Below, one piece after another: positions 37,303-47,598 of a stretch of DNA of 64,000 nt. This stretch comes from Verrucomicrobiia bacterium (lineage in GTDB: Bacteria > Verrucomicrobiota > Verrucomicrobiia > Limisphaerales > UBA11358). Location of the stretch: the NCBI GenBank assembly GCA_049280815.1, contig JBAPQW010000041.1, positions 29,031 through 93,030 of the forward strand. Direction: 5' to 3'. The notes under the pieces are model-generated. The model did not search any database. It was given only the letters and a program-made list of their open reading frames with translations, and was not told where the DNA came from. The translations under genes were made by a program, and so were the position numbers. Each line of letters starts with the position of its first letter. Positions within the stretch are counted from its first letter, which is position 1.

Positions 37303-38895
37303 TCACTTCCAATAATTCCAGTCCACCGCGGGGAAAAGATTGTCGCGGGATTCGATTTCGCGCAGCCATTTCTCATCCACGCTCGTGGCCGTCAACTGGT
37401 CGTGCAACGCGATGAACCGGAGCAGATGTTCCTTCACGCGCCGACGCGCATAGTCGGGGCTCGTGCCGGCGCGCAGAATGAACGGCCAGTCGCTGGCCTG
37501 CGCCAGCAGCAGTTCGCGCGCGGCCTGGCGCAAGGCGCGCGCCTTCAGGCCGGCCGCCTTCGGAAATTGTTGCGCGAGTCCGGTCATCCGCTCCTGGGCC
37601 ACCTGCAGGTGCGGATAGATCCATTCGTTGTTCTCGTTCAACCACACGCGCCAATAGCCTTCCTCGCCCCAGCTGGACGCGCAGGGCGCGGCGATTTGAT
37701 TGGTCGCATGCCGGTGCAGGTATTTGCCGGGCGTGATGAGCGCGATGGTTTTCTGGTCGTAAAACAGTTTGCGGGCGAAGTAATCAAGAAATTCGGGCCC
37801 CTCGTACCACCAGTGGCCGAACAGCTCCGCGTCATACGGCGCCACCACCAGCGGCGGACGGTCCAGCAGCCCGGCCAGACGCCGGACCTGGCCCACTCGT
37901 TCGTTGAGAAAATGGCCGGCGTGATCGGCGGCGGCCTGCAAGGCGGCGCTGCGATCGTAAATCTGCTTGTCTCCCGTCCCGCCGGTGATGCGGTAATATT
38001 TGATGCCGGTGAACCCTCGATTTTCTGGTGAAGGCAGATGCGGTTTCACATAATCGAAATCAAGGTCGAAACCCACGTCACGGTAAAAATCGCGGTAACG
38101 CGCATCGCCGGGATACCCTTCATGCTGGCTCCAGACCTGTCGCGAGGAATCATAATCGCGCCCAAAGGCAGCGATGCCGTTGGGGGTGTAAATCGGCGCA
38201 TAGGTGCCGAACCGCGGCCGCGGTTTGGCTTGCAACACGCCGTGCGAATCAAGAATGAACCAGCGGATGTTCGCCTCCTGCAAAAATTGTTCAATGCCGT
38301 CCACGTAAGCGCATTCCGGCAGCCAGATGCCGCCCGGTTCGCGCCCGAAACAAGCCCGGTAATGGTCGCGGGCGGTTAAAATTTGGGCGCGGACGGACGG
38401 CGGGTGGTTCGCCAGCAGCGGCAACAATCCGTGGGTGGCGGCGGTGGTGATGATTTCAATCCGGCCTTCGTCCTGAAATTGTTTGAAGGCATTGACCAGA
38501 TTGCCGCCGCAGGCGCGCCAGGTGTCCCGCACCAGGGTGAACCGGTGGTGATACATCCAGGCGAGTTCACGAAACGCCCGGTCCCAGTGGGTGCGATGGA
38601 TTTCCTTTTCCGCCAGCTCAATGAGGCCGTCCAGATGCCGCGCATACCGGTCGCGCAGGAGCGGATCCAGCAGCATCGAGCACAACGGCGGCGAGAGCGA
38701 AAGGGTTAACGGTGCATCCATGCCGTCGCGCCGCCAGCCGTCGAGGATTTGCAGCAGCGGGACGTAGGTTTCGGTAACCGCTTCAAAAAGCCAGCTTTCC
38801 TCCAGGAATTTTTCGTGCTCCGGATGGCGCACGAATGGCAGGTGGGCGTGCAGCACGAGCGACAGATACCCTGAGGGCCAAGGCTGCTCGCTCAT
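37303..38895 (-). CDS. GH57-family 1,4-alpha-glucan branching enzyme-like protein
   Basis: The N-terminal GYLSLVLHAHLPFVRHPE, WLPECAY and a DUF1957-type C-terminal region are typical of GH57 branching enzymes. Confidence 0.8.
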   Translation of the reverse strand: MSEQPWPSGYLSLVLHAHLPFVRHPEHEKFLEESWLFEAVTETYVPLLQILDGWRRDGMDAPLTLSLSPPLCSMLLDPLLRDRYARHLDGLIELAEKEIHRTHWDRAFRELAWMYHHRFTLVRDTWRACGGNLVNAFKQFQDEGRIEIITTAATHGLLPLLANHPPSVRAQILTARDHYRACFGREPGGIWLPECAYVDGIEQFLQEANIRWFILDSHGVLQAKPRPRFGTYAPIYTPNGIAAFGRDYDSSRQVWSQHEGYPGDARYRDFYRDVGFDLDFDYVKPHLPSPENRGFTGIKYYRITGGTGDKQIYDRSAALQAAADHAGHFLNERVGQVRRLAGLLDRPPLVVAPYDAELFGHWWYEGPEFLDYFARKLFYDQKTIALITPGKYLHRHATNQIAAPCASSWGEEGYWRVWLNENNEWIYPHLQVAQERMTGLAQQFPKAAGLKARALRQAARELLLAQASDWPFILRAGTSPDYARRRVKEHLLRFIALHDQLTATSVDEKWLREIESRDNLFPAVDWNYWK

Positions 38896-39134
38896 TCGTC
38901 AAGTTTGTTGTCGACCCATCTTGCAATGGCGCGGGCCCGGACCAAGGCGGCCACGCCCAGCACAAACAACAGCGTCAGAAAGCTGGCATGAAGCACTCCC
39001 ACCGGGATCTGACGTTTGTGGCATTCTGCCAGGTATAATCCTAATTCCAGCAAACTTATGCTGATGAGGGCGGCAGCAGCAAAATGAACGAGCATCAAAG
39101 CTCCCCGGGGCGGCGAGTCCATGGAATCAAACAT
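38892..39134 (-). CDS. small two-TM membrane protein
   Basis: 80 aa counted from MFDSMD. Its stop overlaps the GH57 start (ATGA) and its start overlaps the DUF4912 stop, so a coupled operon position supports it as real. Confidence 0.4.
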   Translation of the reverse strand: MFDSMDSPPRGALMLVHFAAAALISISLLELGLYLAECHKRQIPVGVLHASFLTLLFVLGVAALVRARAIARWVDNKLDE

Positions 39135-40395
39135 TTTCCGGCAAGGGTGGCTTGAGCGCAGGATCCTGCGGATGCATGCCGACATCGCCGAGGTATTCGG
39201 TCTCGCGGCTGAATTTCAGATTGGCCGCCCGCGCATCCGTGCCGTCGGCGGAAACCGCCACGGCAGGCAAATCATATTTTCCATCCGGCAACGCGAAACG
39301 GAAGCTGAACGACCCGTCGGAGCGCAATTTGATTTCGTGTCCGCCGAGCGTGACCCTGGCCGTTGGCTCGGTGGCGCCGTAAATGATCAATTCCGCGTTG
39401 ACGTTGAACCAAAATCCCTTCGGCTGGGTCAGGCCCCCGAAGGGGCTGGAAAGGCTGGAAACGCCGAGTGACGAGATTTCCTGCGCGAGCCGGCGGCGGA
39501 TCAGTTCGGTGATTTCAAGCGAGCCCATCCAGACACGGCGACCGTCGTCAATGTTGACGATTTTGGCCAGCGCCTGCTCCTGTTGTGCCGTCCAGATTGA
39601 CACCGGTGTCCCATTGGCGCGGGGCAGTTCCGGATGACCATGGCGGCGCAGTTCCTCGACCGCCTGCGCCAGCGGCAGATTCTCGCGCACGGCGGATTTG
39701 ATGATTTCGATCAGTTTGGCAAAGGGAAATTCAAAGGGAATCGTGGCGAATTCAACATCGCCCTCCACCGCGGCAGCGTCCGGCGGGGTGACCGTGGCGC
39801 TGGAGACTGCAATCCGCGTCCACCGGCCGAGCGGCGAATAATACCCGAGCTCGGCGGCGTAGGAATCACCGGAGCGCTCGACATGGGCGAACCAGTGGCG
39901 CGATTCGGGATGCACATGGATTTCACAGACCGGATGACCTTCGATCTTGCCGGTATAAACCCGCAGGATGAGATGGCCGTCAGATGACTTGGCGTTGAGT
40001 TTCGATTGCTGCTCCCGGGTCAGGTCCCAATAGGCATAAATCCAGTGGGGGTCGCGCGCGGTCAAAAACAACCGTCGGGTGCCATAGGCTTCGGGCAGTT
40101 CGGTTTCGGCGGTTTCAAAATGTTGCGGCGGGGGCACGGGGCCGAGCGCGTATTTCTGGCCGGGGCCGCTGGCGGATGGCGGCGCGGGCGGGCCGCCTTC
40201 GAGCAGCAGCGGCGGAACTTCGATTTTCCGGCGACCAACGGCGGCGGACTTGGGTTTGGCGGTGCGGCGGGCCTTCAGCTTCGGCGTTTCGACCGCGGAA
40301 ACTGTTTCCGGCGGCGGTTTGGCAGCTTGGCGTGGGCGCCCCACGGAGGTTTTCGTCTTTTTCTCTGATGACACGGGTGCTGGTTTAGATTTCAT
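39127..40395 (-). CDS. DUF4912-domain protein (glycogen-cluster associated)
   Basis: A Lys/Pro-rich N-terminus is followed by LPEAYGTRRLFLTARDPHWIYAYWDLT, the DUF4912 signature. Start set at MKSKPAPV (ATG 40395). The longer track ORF is antisense to the gene at 40561. Confidence 0.7.
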   Translation of the reverse strand: MKSKPAPVSSEKKTKTSVGRPRQAAKPPPETVSAVETPKLKARRTAKPKSAAVGRRKIEVPPLLLEGGPPAPPSASGPGQKYALGPVPPPQHFETAETELPEAYGTRRLFLTARDPHWIYAYWDLTREQQSKLNAKSSDGHLILRVYTGKIEGHPVCEIHVHPESRHWFAHVERSGDSYAAELGYYSPLGRWTRIAVSSATVTPPDAAAVEGDVEFATIPFEFPFAKLIEIIKSAVRENLPLAQAVEELRRHGHPELPRANGTPVSIWTAQQEQALAKIVNIDDGRRVWMGSLEITELIRRRLAQEISSLGVSSLSSPFGGLTQPKGFWFNVNAELIIYGATEPTARVTLGGHEIKLRSDGSFSFRFALPDGKYDLPAVAVSADGTDARAANLKFSRETEYLGDVGMHPQDPALKPPLPENV

Positions 40396-40560
40396 AACCG
40401 CAAATCCCTGTTTCGTGGCACTGACTTCATTGCCGGAGCCGAGTTTACGGCGGGAATCCGCCGGGCGCAATGGTAATTTTACGGCGTTTTCAGCCGGGTG
40501 GTTGACAACTTTTGCGAAAGCGCTTGCCAGCCGGCGGACGGAGGTGTTTATTTGTTCGTT

Positions 40561-40959
40561 ATGGCAGGCACGAATGGGGCGCAATCCAAGAACAACTCGA
40601 TCACGATCTTTGTCGTGGACGACGAGCCGATGTTGCTGGAAATGGCGGTGATGATTCTTGAGCCGCTGCACTTCCGGGTGCGGACATTTCGGGACCCGCA
40701 AACGGCGCTGGCGGAGTACTCCGCGGCCAAGCCGCGACCGTCGCTGGTCGTGACGGATTATGCGATGCACACCATGAGCGGGATGGATTTGATCCGCGAA
40801 TGCCGGCGCATTCATCCGGAGCAAAAAATCATTTTGTTGAGCGGCACCGTAGATGAAAGCGTTTATGCCAACGCCACGGCCAAGCCGGATCGTTTCCTGG
40901 CCAAACCGTATCAGGTCAGCGATTTTGTCACCATGGTTCAATCCCTCGCCTCAAGCTGA
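40561..40959 (+). CDS. single-domain response-regulator receiver
   Basis: IFVVDDEP, LVVTDYAMHTMSGMDL, IILLSG and FLAKPY. Confidence 0.8.
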   Translation: MAGTNGAQSKNNSITIFVVDDEPMLLEMAVMILEPLHFRVRTFRDPQTALAEYSAAKPRPSLVVTDYAMHTMSGMDLIRECRRIHPEQKIILLSGTVDESVYANATAKPDRFLAKPYQVSDFVTMVQSLASS

Positions 40960-41011
40960 GGCCGGGCGTACGGGTGCCGGTTCAGGGTGGTGAAGGCTGG
41001 TTGGATATAAA

Positions 41012-41788
41012 TTGATTATGCAGAAATTATTCCTGAGCGTCGTCATCGTGCTGGCGATTTTGATCCTCGTCGGAGGCCTGGTCGGGAATTTCTTTCTCGG
41101 CCCCATCGTCAAAGCGGGCATCGAAACGATCGGCCCGAAAATCACGCAGGTCTCCATCCGGGTGGATGCGGTGAAGTTATCGTTGCTGACCGGCTCGGCC
41201 AGCATCACCGGTCTCCTGGTTGGCAATCCGCAAGGTTACACTGCGCCGCAGGCCATCAGCGTCGGTTCCGCCACGGTGGGCCTGAATCCCTTTTCGGTTT
41301 TATCGGACAAAATTGTCGTCCGCTCGGTGCGCGTGGATGCCCCGGAAATCACCTTTGAAGGCAATCCCTTCAGCGGGAACAACCTCAGTAAAATCGAGCA
41401 AAACGTCAACGCCTACGGTAATAAAGCCGCCGTCTCCCCGGCCACTAATGCCACCTCCTCGGCCGCCGGCAAACCCGCCAGGAAACTTGAAGTGGACGAC
41501 ATTTTAATCACCCACGCCAAGGTTGATTTCAACGGCGTCTCCCTGACGCTGCCGGATGTTCACCTTACGGATTTGGGCAAGGGTAGCGATGGTATCACCG
41601 CGGCGGATTTGACGCGCCGGGTGCTGCAGGTCCTTACCACCGCCACCGTCAAAGCGGTCGCCAACTCCGCCACCAACGTCGGAAAAGGCGCCGAGAAGGC
41701 AGGCCAGGATCTTGAAAAATCGGTGGGTTCCAATCTGAACAACCTCACCCATGGATTGGGCGGTTTGTTCAGGAAATCTACGAATTAG
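41012..41788 (+). CDS. membrane-anchored hypothetical protein (AsmA-like N-terminal architecture)
   Basis: One N-terminal TM helix, then beta-rich repeats (VKLSLLTGSASITGLLVGNPQGY, VRVDAPEITFEG). Confidence 0.4.
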   Translation: MIMQKLFLSVVIVLAILILVGGLVGNFFLGPIVKAGIETIGPKITQVSIRVDAVKLSLLTGSASITGLLVGNPQGYTAPQAISVGSATVGLNPFSVLSDKIVVRSVRVDAPEITFEGNPFSGNNLSKIEQNVNAYGNKAAVSPATNATSSAAGKPARKLEVDDILITHAKVDFNGVSLTLPDVHLTDLGKGSDGITAADLTRRVLQVLTTATVKAVANSATNVGKGAEKAGQDLEKSVGSNLNNLTHGLGGLFRKSTN

Positions 41789-41886
41789 CTCCCGCTCCGG
41801 GGTTTTTACCTCTTGCGCCAACGATTTTAAGATTGCAAGCACGGTTCTCTGCTCTAAACTCAGGTTGAAGCCCGTAAGTTGAGGTT

Positions 41887-43962
41887 ATGTTTTTTGGCGT
41901 TGATTATTATCCTGAGCAGTGGGTCTTTCCCTTCGCCGGCACCGCCGACAATCCCGAGAGCGCCTGGGAGCGCGACGCGGAATTGATGATCAAGGCCGGC
42001 TTCAATGTGGTCCGCATTGGCGAGTTTTCCTGGGGCATCTGCGAACCCGAGGAAGGCAAATACGATTTCCTCTGGCTGCGCCGTGTCATGGACATTATGG
42101 CGGCTCACAACATCAAGGTGGTTCTCGGCACCCCCACCGCCGCGCCGCCCATCTGGCTGGCTAAAAAGCATCCGGAAATTCTGCCGCTGGACGAATACGG
42201 CCTGGTCAAGCACGAAGGCACCCGCCGTGCCGTCTGCTTCAACAACGATATATTCTGGAATATTTCCAAGCGCCTGGTTGAAAACATGGCCCAGGCCCTG
42301 GGCGATCATCCCCAATTGATCGCCTGGCAGATCGATAGCGGCCTCGGGGGACATCAGACCGAATGGTCATTTAATGAAGATTCGCGCCTGGAATGGCAAA
42401 ACTGGCTCAAGTTGAAATACGAAACCATCGACCGGCTCAATAATCATCTCGGTTTGCGTTGCTGGGGCCAGATCGTTACTTCCTTCGACGATGTGCCCAT
42501 GCCCAGATACGCGCCCGCCCCGCACAACCCGGCGCTGCTGCTCGATTGGAACCGTTTCTGCAGCGACGCCATCATCGCCTTTGCCCGGATGCAGGCCGAT
42601 GTTCTGCGCGAGATCTGCCCCGACCATCCCGTCACCGTCAACCTGCGCGCGCTGACACGCAAATTCGACCACTTCGACATGGCTAACGTCGTGGATTTTA
42701 TCTCCGTCGAAAGCAACGCCGCCATCAAGACCAAATCCACCGAGCTGGCCTGCGACATTGACATCCTCCGCTCGCTCAAGAAAAACGACATCAAGACGCC
42801 CAACAGCGACTGCGGATTCTGGGTCATTGAACAAAAGGCCGGCCAGGTCAACTGGCAGGAGGTCAACTCGCTCGTCCGTCCCGGTGTCATCCGGCTGCTG
42901 ACCTATCAATTGATTTCGCGGGGCGCCAGCGGCGTATTTTATTACCACTGGCGCCAGCCGCGCATCGGCAATGATAAGTTCTTCGGCGCCGTGCTGCCAC
43001 ACCATCTCGAAGGCAGCAGCCGCACGTTCAAGGAGATCAGCCAGATTGGCGAAGAACTGAAATTGCTCGGCCCGGCCATCCGCGGCACGCGAATCGTGGC
43101 TGACGCCTGCATTCTTTATACGCACGAGAACGACTGGGTGCTGCAACAGCCGCAGCAGCCGAACAAATTTTTCAACCTCCGCGAACACATTCAACTCATC
43201 TACAACGCGCTGCACGACCGCAACATCTCCGTGGATTTTGCGCAGCCCACGGAGGATCTTTCGCAATACAAGATCGTGTTCGCCCCCTCGCTGCACCTGC
43301 TGTCCGCGGGCGACGCGGACCGGCTCAAACTGTACGTCCAGAACGGCGGCACGCTCGTAGGCACGTTCAACACCGGCCTCGTCAATGAACATTGCATCGT
43401 GCCCGACGACGGCTACCCGAACAACCTGACCGATTTGTTCGGCCTGGAAGTTTTGGAATTTGACCCCATCCCCCCCGGCGAGGAAAACCATCTCACCTTC
43501 AAGGGCGCGTTTCCGACCAGCCATTTGCATCCCGCCCGGCTTTGGTGCGACATCATCGAGCCCAAGGGCTGCCAGATTCTGGCAACCTTCGCGAAGGACT
43601 TTTACGCCGGCCGGCCGGCCATCACGATGAACGCGTTCGGACTCGGCAAGGCCATTTATATCGGCACGATGAGCCAACCCCACTTTTACCTCGATCTGGT
43701 CTCGTGGCTGCGCCAGATGTGCGGGCTGCAACCGCTGCTCAAGGTTCCCGAAAATGTCGAGGTGTGCATGCGCCAGCGGGAGGGCATCCGCGTTTTCTTT
43801 CTGTTGAACCACCAAAACTCGCCGGTGCGCATCCAGTTTTACAAACCGATGCACGATTTCCTCACGGGCAATACCTTCTCCGGCAACTACGACATTCCCC
43901 CGTACGGCGTCCTCGTGCTCGACGAACATCCCGAAAATAAAATGTCCGCCGCCACCGCCTGA
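41887..43962 (+). CDS. GH42 beta-galactosidase
   Basis: MFFGVDYYPEQW, NVVRIGEFSWGICEPEEGKYDF and a WVIEQKAG catalytic region. Confidence 0.9.
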   Translation: MFFGVDYYPEQWVFPFAGTADNPESAWERDAELMIKAGFNVVRIGEFSWGICEPEEGKYDFLWLRRVMDIMAAHNIKVVLGTPTAAPPIWLAKKHPEILPLDEYGLVKHEGTRRAVCFNNDIFWNISKRLVENMAQALGDHPQLIAWQIDSGLGGHQTEWSFNEDSRLEWQNWLKLKYETIDRLNNHLGLRCWGQIVTSFDDVPMPRYAPAPHNPALLLDWNRFCSDAIIAFARMQADVLREICPDHPVTVNLRALTRKFDHFDMANVVDFISVESNAAIKTKSTELACDIDILRSLKKNDIKTPNSDCGFWVIEQKAGQVNWQEVNSLVRPGVIRLLTYQLISRGASGVFYYHWRQPRIGNDKFFGAVLPHHLEGSSRTFKEISQIGEELKLLGPAIRGTRIVADACILYTHENDWVLQQPQQPNKFFNLREHIQLIYNALHDRNISVDFAQPTEDLSQYKIVFAPSLHLLSAGDADRLKLYVQNGGTLVGTFNTGLVNEHCIVPDDGYPNNLTDLFGLEVLEFDPIPPGEENHLTFKGAFPTSHLHPARLWCDIIEPKGCQILATFAKDFYAGRPAITMNAFGLGKAIYIGTMSQPHFYLDLVSWLRQMCGLQPLLKVPENVEVCMRQREGIRVFFLLNHQNSPVRIQFYKPMHDFLTGNTFSGNYDIPPYGVLVLDEHPENKMSAATA

Positions 43963-44046
43963 GCGGCAGTTTGTTTTTGCTGCGGTCCAATTTCGGGAAT
44001 GCGGTTCTTGCGGGGCCATGGCTCGACGCGAAACGGAGAACGAAGG

Positions 44047-44121
44047 TGGTGGGCGATGAGGGATTCGAACCCCCGACCGTCTCCGTGTAAAGGAGCTGCG
44101 CTACCACTGCGCCAACCGCCC
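44047..44121 (-). tRNA. tRNA-Val (anticodon UAC), CCA encoded
   Basis: Hand-folded cloverleaf: acceptor GGGCGGT/ATCGCCC, D-stem GCGC/GCGC, anticodon loop UUUACAC, T-arm GGGGG-TTCGAAT-CCCTC and a 3' ACCA. Length 75 nt. Confidence 0.9.
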
Positions 44122-44312
44122 GGACCACCGGCACGCTATCAGAGCCAGGTAATCACAACAAGTCCCGGGCGATGGCCTCGAAATTCATCGCGCGGGAATA
44201 TGACAGGAAACCAGCCTCGCCGGGGATTTGTCTGAACGAAACCGCCGGCAATCCGCACCACGGAGTTGCCGGTTTTGCTTTTCGTTTGAGGCCGGTGCGG
44301 CAAGATGTTGTG

Positions 44313-45230
44313 ATGCCAACCGGCTACTGTCTGGTCTATCTCCGCAACGGTGCGCGTTCCATCCGTTCGCTGACCGAAGCCGAGACGTTTCATCCGGTCA
44401 TCGGACCGGCCATCGAAGCCGAGGCGCTGTATGTCCGGCAACTGCACCTGCCGGAACGCGCGCAGGCAACGCCCGGTGAATTTGTCATCTGGGATGTCGG
44501 TCTCGGGGCGGCCGCCAATGCGCTGACGGCCATCCGGCTCATTCGGGAAGGTTTGCAGGGCAACCCGGCGAAACTGCGGCTCGTCAGCTTCGATCGCACC
44601 AGCGCCGCGGCGGCGTTTGCGCTCGAACATGGCGCGGAACTGGGTTACGTGGCTGGGTACGAATCCGCCCTGGCCGAACTGGTTCAAAATCGTTCCGTCC
44701 AATTCAGCGATGATTTGCTTCAGGTTGATTGGACGCTGGAGCCCGGCGATTTCCCGGCATGGCTGAAACAATTTGTTGGTGGGGACGCGCTGCCGTGCAT
44801 CCAGGCTGACCAGCAGGTCAGCCCTACCAGAACACCCGCACCCCACGCCATTTTATTTGACCCGTATTCACCGAAGAAAAATCCCGCGATGTGGACGGTG
44901 TCGTTGTTTGCCGATTTGTTTGGCCGGCTGGATCCGCAGCGTCCGTGCGCGCTGGCCAATTACACCCGCAGCACCATGGCCCGGGTGACGATGCTGCTGG
45001 GCGGGTTCTTTGTGGGGGTGGGACATCCGTCGGGCTTGAAGGAGGAAACCACCGTGGCGGCCAACCGGATTGAGCTGCTGGACGAGCCCCTGGACCGTCA
45101 ATGGCTGGAGCGCGCGAAATGTTCGCACAGCGCCGAGCCGCTGGACGGGCGGGATTACCGGCAGGCGCCCTTGTCGCCGAAAACCTGGGAACGGTTGCGG
45201 CAGCATCCCCAATTCGGGCGAACGGCCTGA
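44313..45230 (+). CDS. MnmC-like SAM-dependent methyltransferase (DUF752 family)
   Basis: FVIWDVGLGAAANAL and ILFDPYSPKKNPAMWT resemble the MnmC C-terminal-less methyltransferase family. Start set at MPTGY. Confidence 0.5.
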   Translation: MPTGYCLVYLRNGARSIRSLTEAETFHPVIGPAIEAEALYVRQLHLPERAQATPGEFVIWDVGLGAAANALTAIRLIREGLQGNPAKLRLVSFDRTSAAAAFALEHGAELGYVAGYESALAELVQNRSVQFSDDLLQVDWTLEPGDFPAWLKQFVGGDALPCIQADQQVSPTRTPAPHAILFDPYSPKKNPAMWTVSLFADLFGRLDPQRPCALANYTRSTMARVTMLLGGFFVGVGHPSGLKEETTVAANRIELLDEPLDRQWLERAKCSHSAEPLDGRDYRQAPLSPKTWERLRQHPQFGRTA

Positions 45231-45369
45231 TAATCTTTGGTGCCTTGATTTGCTGCGTCAAGCCTGTGTTCAAATGAATCACCACACGGCGCCGACGCGA
45301 CAGCCCTCATTGGGATCCTGCTGACAATCTGCGCTTGCGCCAGTAGCGGGATGCGCGAAACTTCAAAGC

Positions 45370-45918
45370 ATGACGGCACAAGACCAGGCGGGACAATCCA
45401 ATGGCGGCTCAAACCCGTCGCGCTGGTCGCGATGGGTGCGCATTGCGGTGATTGGCCGCCATCCAAGAATGACCCTGGTGCGGGTTGCCGTTTTGATTGT
45501 TGCCTGCTTTGTGGTTTTTAGGTTCGTCCTGTTGCCGATCCGCGTCGAAGGCATCAGCATGCTCCCGACCTACCATGACCGCTCGGTGAATGTTGTAAAC
45601 CGGCTCGCCTACTGCTGGCGTGAGCCGCGGCGCGGTGACGTGGTCAGCATCCGCCTGGCGGGTCCGCATGTGATGTATATGAAACGCATCATCGGCTTGC
45701 CCGGCGAAACCGTCGCCTTCGAAAACGGCCGCGTGCTGATCAACGGCGAGGTGCTGGATGAACCCTATGAGAAAACGCCTTGCGACTGGAATCGTCCGCC
45801 CGTCAAACTCGGGCCGGACGAGTTTTTTGTCGTGGGGGACAATCGCACGATGCCGCAGCAGTTTCACCAATTTGGCGAAACGCCGCGCAATCGTATCCTC
45901 GGCAAAGTACTGTTATGA
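45370..45918 (+). CDS. lepB: signal peptidase I
   Basis: VEGISMLPT (catalytic Ser), YMKRIIGLPGE (catalytic Lys box) and FVVGDNR. Confidence 0.9.
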   Translation: MTAQDQAGQSNGGSNPSRWSRWVRIAVIGRHPRMTLVRVAVLIVACFVVFRFVLLPIRVEGISMLPTYHDRSVNVVNRLAYCWREPRRGDVVSIRLAGPHVMYMKRIIGLPGETVAFENGRVLINGEVLDEPYEKTPCDWNRPPVKLGPDEFFVVGDNRTMPQQFHQFGETPRNRILGKVLL

Positions 45919-46412
45919 AAATCTTTTTCCGCATGCTGTTGGTGGCCGCCCTGGCCGCGCTGGGTGTTTGGCTGTGGGCGGTCCTGTTTCCCAGCCCGGA
46001 AAAAGTCATCGGCCACCGTTTCGCCGAACTCGCCCGCACCGCCTCGGTTCCTGCCGGCGCAGGCGATCTGGCCCGGCTGGCGGCGGCGCGCAGCCTGGCC
46101 GGGTTTTTCTCCACCAATGTCGAAATGAACCTGGACCTGCCCCGGTTCGGCCAGCTCAGTTCCATGGACCGCGAGGAAATCACCCAGATGGCGCTGGCGG
46201 CCGGTTCGCGAGGCGGCGGATTGCAGGTGAGGTTTCCCGACATAAATATAACGGTGGCCCCGGGCCGGCAGTCGGCCGTGGTCGATCTGACCGTTACCGC
46301 GGTCGTGGCTGGTGAGCCGGATACCATCGTGCAGGAAATGAAGATCACCCTGCATAAGATCGACGGACAATGGCTGATCACCCGCGTCGAAACCGTCCGC
46401 ACGCTGTCCTGA
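45915..46412 (+). CDS. membrane-anchored hypothetical protein
   Basis: MKIFFRMLLVAALAALGVWLWAV anchor. The start overlaps the lepB stop (ATGA). The C-terminal part looks NTF2-like (weak). Confidence 0.5.
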   Translation: MKIFFRMLLVAALAALGVWLWAVLFPSPEKVIGHRFAELARTASVPAGAGDLARLAAARSLAGFFSTNVEMNLDLPRFGQLSSMDREEITQMALAAGSRGGGLQVRFPDINITVAPGRQSAVVDLTVTAVVAGEPDTIVQEMKITLHKIDGQWLITRVETVRTLS

Positions 46413-46472
46413 CCCGTTCGGTTCCGTCATTTTGAACTTTGCACCGTGGCCGGCTCCTTTCATAGTTGACCC

Positions 46473-47444
46473 ATGAACGTTTTTGTCACCGGCGGCGCCG
46501 GTTATATCGGTTCCATCTGCACGGAAGAACTGCTCAACGCCGGCCATGCGGTCACGGTTTATGACAACCTTACCGAAGGCCATCGCTCGGCGGTGGATCC
46601 CCGCGCGACCTTTGTTTTGGGCAAGCCGGAGCAGGAAGGCGACGTTCTCAACGCCGTCAAATCCGCGAAACCCGACGCCATCATGCACTTCGCCGCCAGC
46701 GCTCTCGTCGGCGAATCCATGGCCAACCCCAAAAAGTATTTCCACAACAACCTCGTCAACGCGCTCAAGTTCGCCGATGCCGCCGTGGAATGCGGGGTGA
46801 AAAAATTCGTCTTCAGCTCCACGTGCGCAACCTACGGCCCGCCCGACCGCGTGCCCATGACCGAGGATTTGCCACAGCGTCCGATCAATCCCTACGGCGA
46901 GGCGAAGTTGATGTTTGAGAAGGTGCTGATCTGGTACCAGCAGCTTTACCAGCTGGAATTCATCGCCTTCCGCTATTTCAACGCCGCCGGCGCGAGCGAG
47001 CAGTTTGGCGAACATCATCGCATCGAGACGCACATCGTGCCGAACGTCCTCATGGTCGCGCTCGGCCAGAAGCTGCAGTGCGAGATTTTTGGCACGGATT
47101 ATCCGACGCCCGACGGCACCTGCGTCCGCGATTACATCCACATTAAGGACCTGGCGCAGGCGCACATGCTCGGGCTGCAGCCGGGCAAGGCCGGCTTTTA
47201 CAATCTGGGCAACGGGGACGGTTATTCCGTGAGGCAGGTGATTCAAATGTGCGAAAAGGTGACGGGCAAAAAAATTCCCGCCGTGGAAAGGCCGCGCCGG
47301 CCCGGCGACCCGCCGAAGCTCGTCGCGTCGGCTGAAAAAGCCGTCCGCGAACTGGGCTGGAAGCCAAAGTACCCGAAGCTGCAAGACATCGTGGCCACCG
47401 CCTGGGCCTGGCACAAAAAACATCCGAACGGATACCCGGATTGA
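46473..47444 (+). CDS. galE: UDP-glucose 4-epimerase
   Basis: VTGGAGYIGS and YGEAK (Y-x3-K) in a typical GalE-length protein. Confidence 0.9.
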   Translation: MNVFVTGGAGYIGSICTEELLNAGHAVTVYDNLTEGHRSAVDPRATFVLGKPEQEGDVLNAVKSAKPDAIMHFAASALVGESMANPKKYFHNNLVNALKFADAAVECGVKKFVFSSTCATYGPPDRVPMTEDLPQRPINPYGEAKLMFEKVLIWYQQLYQLEFIAFRYFNAAGASEQFGEHHRIETHIVPNVLMVALGQKLQCEIFGTDYPTPDGTCVRDYIHIKDLAQAHMLGLQPGKAGFYNLGNGDGYSVRQVIQMCEKVTGKKIPAVERPRRPGDPPKLVASAEKAVRELGWKPKYPKLQDIVATAWAWHKKHPNGYPD

Positions 47445-47519
47445 ACCATGGGTGGTTCATGGGAGAAACAGGGCAAATTGAAACACCAGTCTCACTGATC
47501 TGGCTGGGTGGGTCCACAT

Positions 47520-47553
47520 GCGAAACTTCGTCGTAGGTACGACAAAGTTTCGT
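47520..47553. terminator. 15-bp-stem hairpin between convergent galE and nikR
   Basis: cgaaacttcgtcgta-gg-tacgacaaagtttcg, with one mismatch. Confidence 0.4.
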
Positions 47554-47598
47554 TATCGTACGGTGAATGCAGGTGTAAATTTGCGCCGAAACGCAGCC

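Noticed and set aside
43963-44312. tRNA-Val as an integration site for a genomic island.
   Set aside because: No integrase, no direct repeat of the tRNA 3' end, and no compositional shift on either side. The flanking genes are housekeeping-like.
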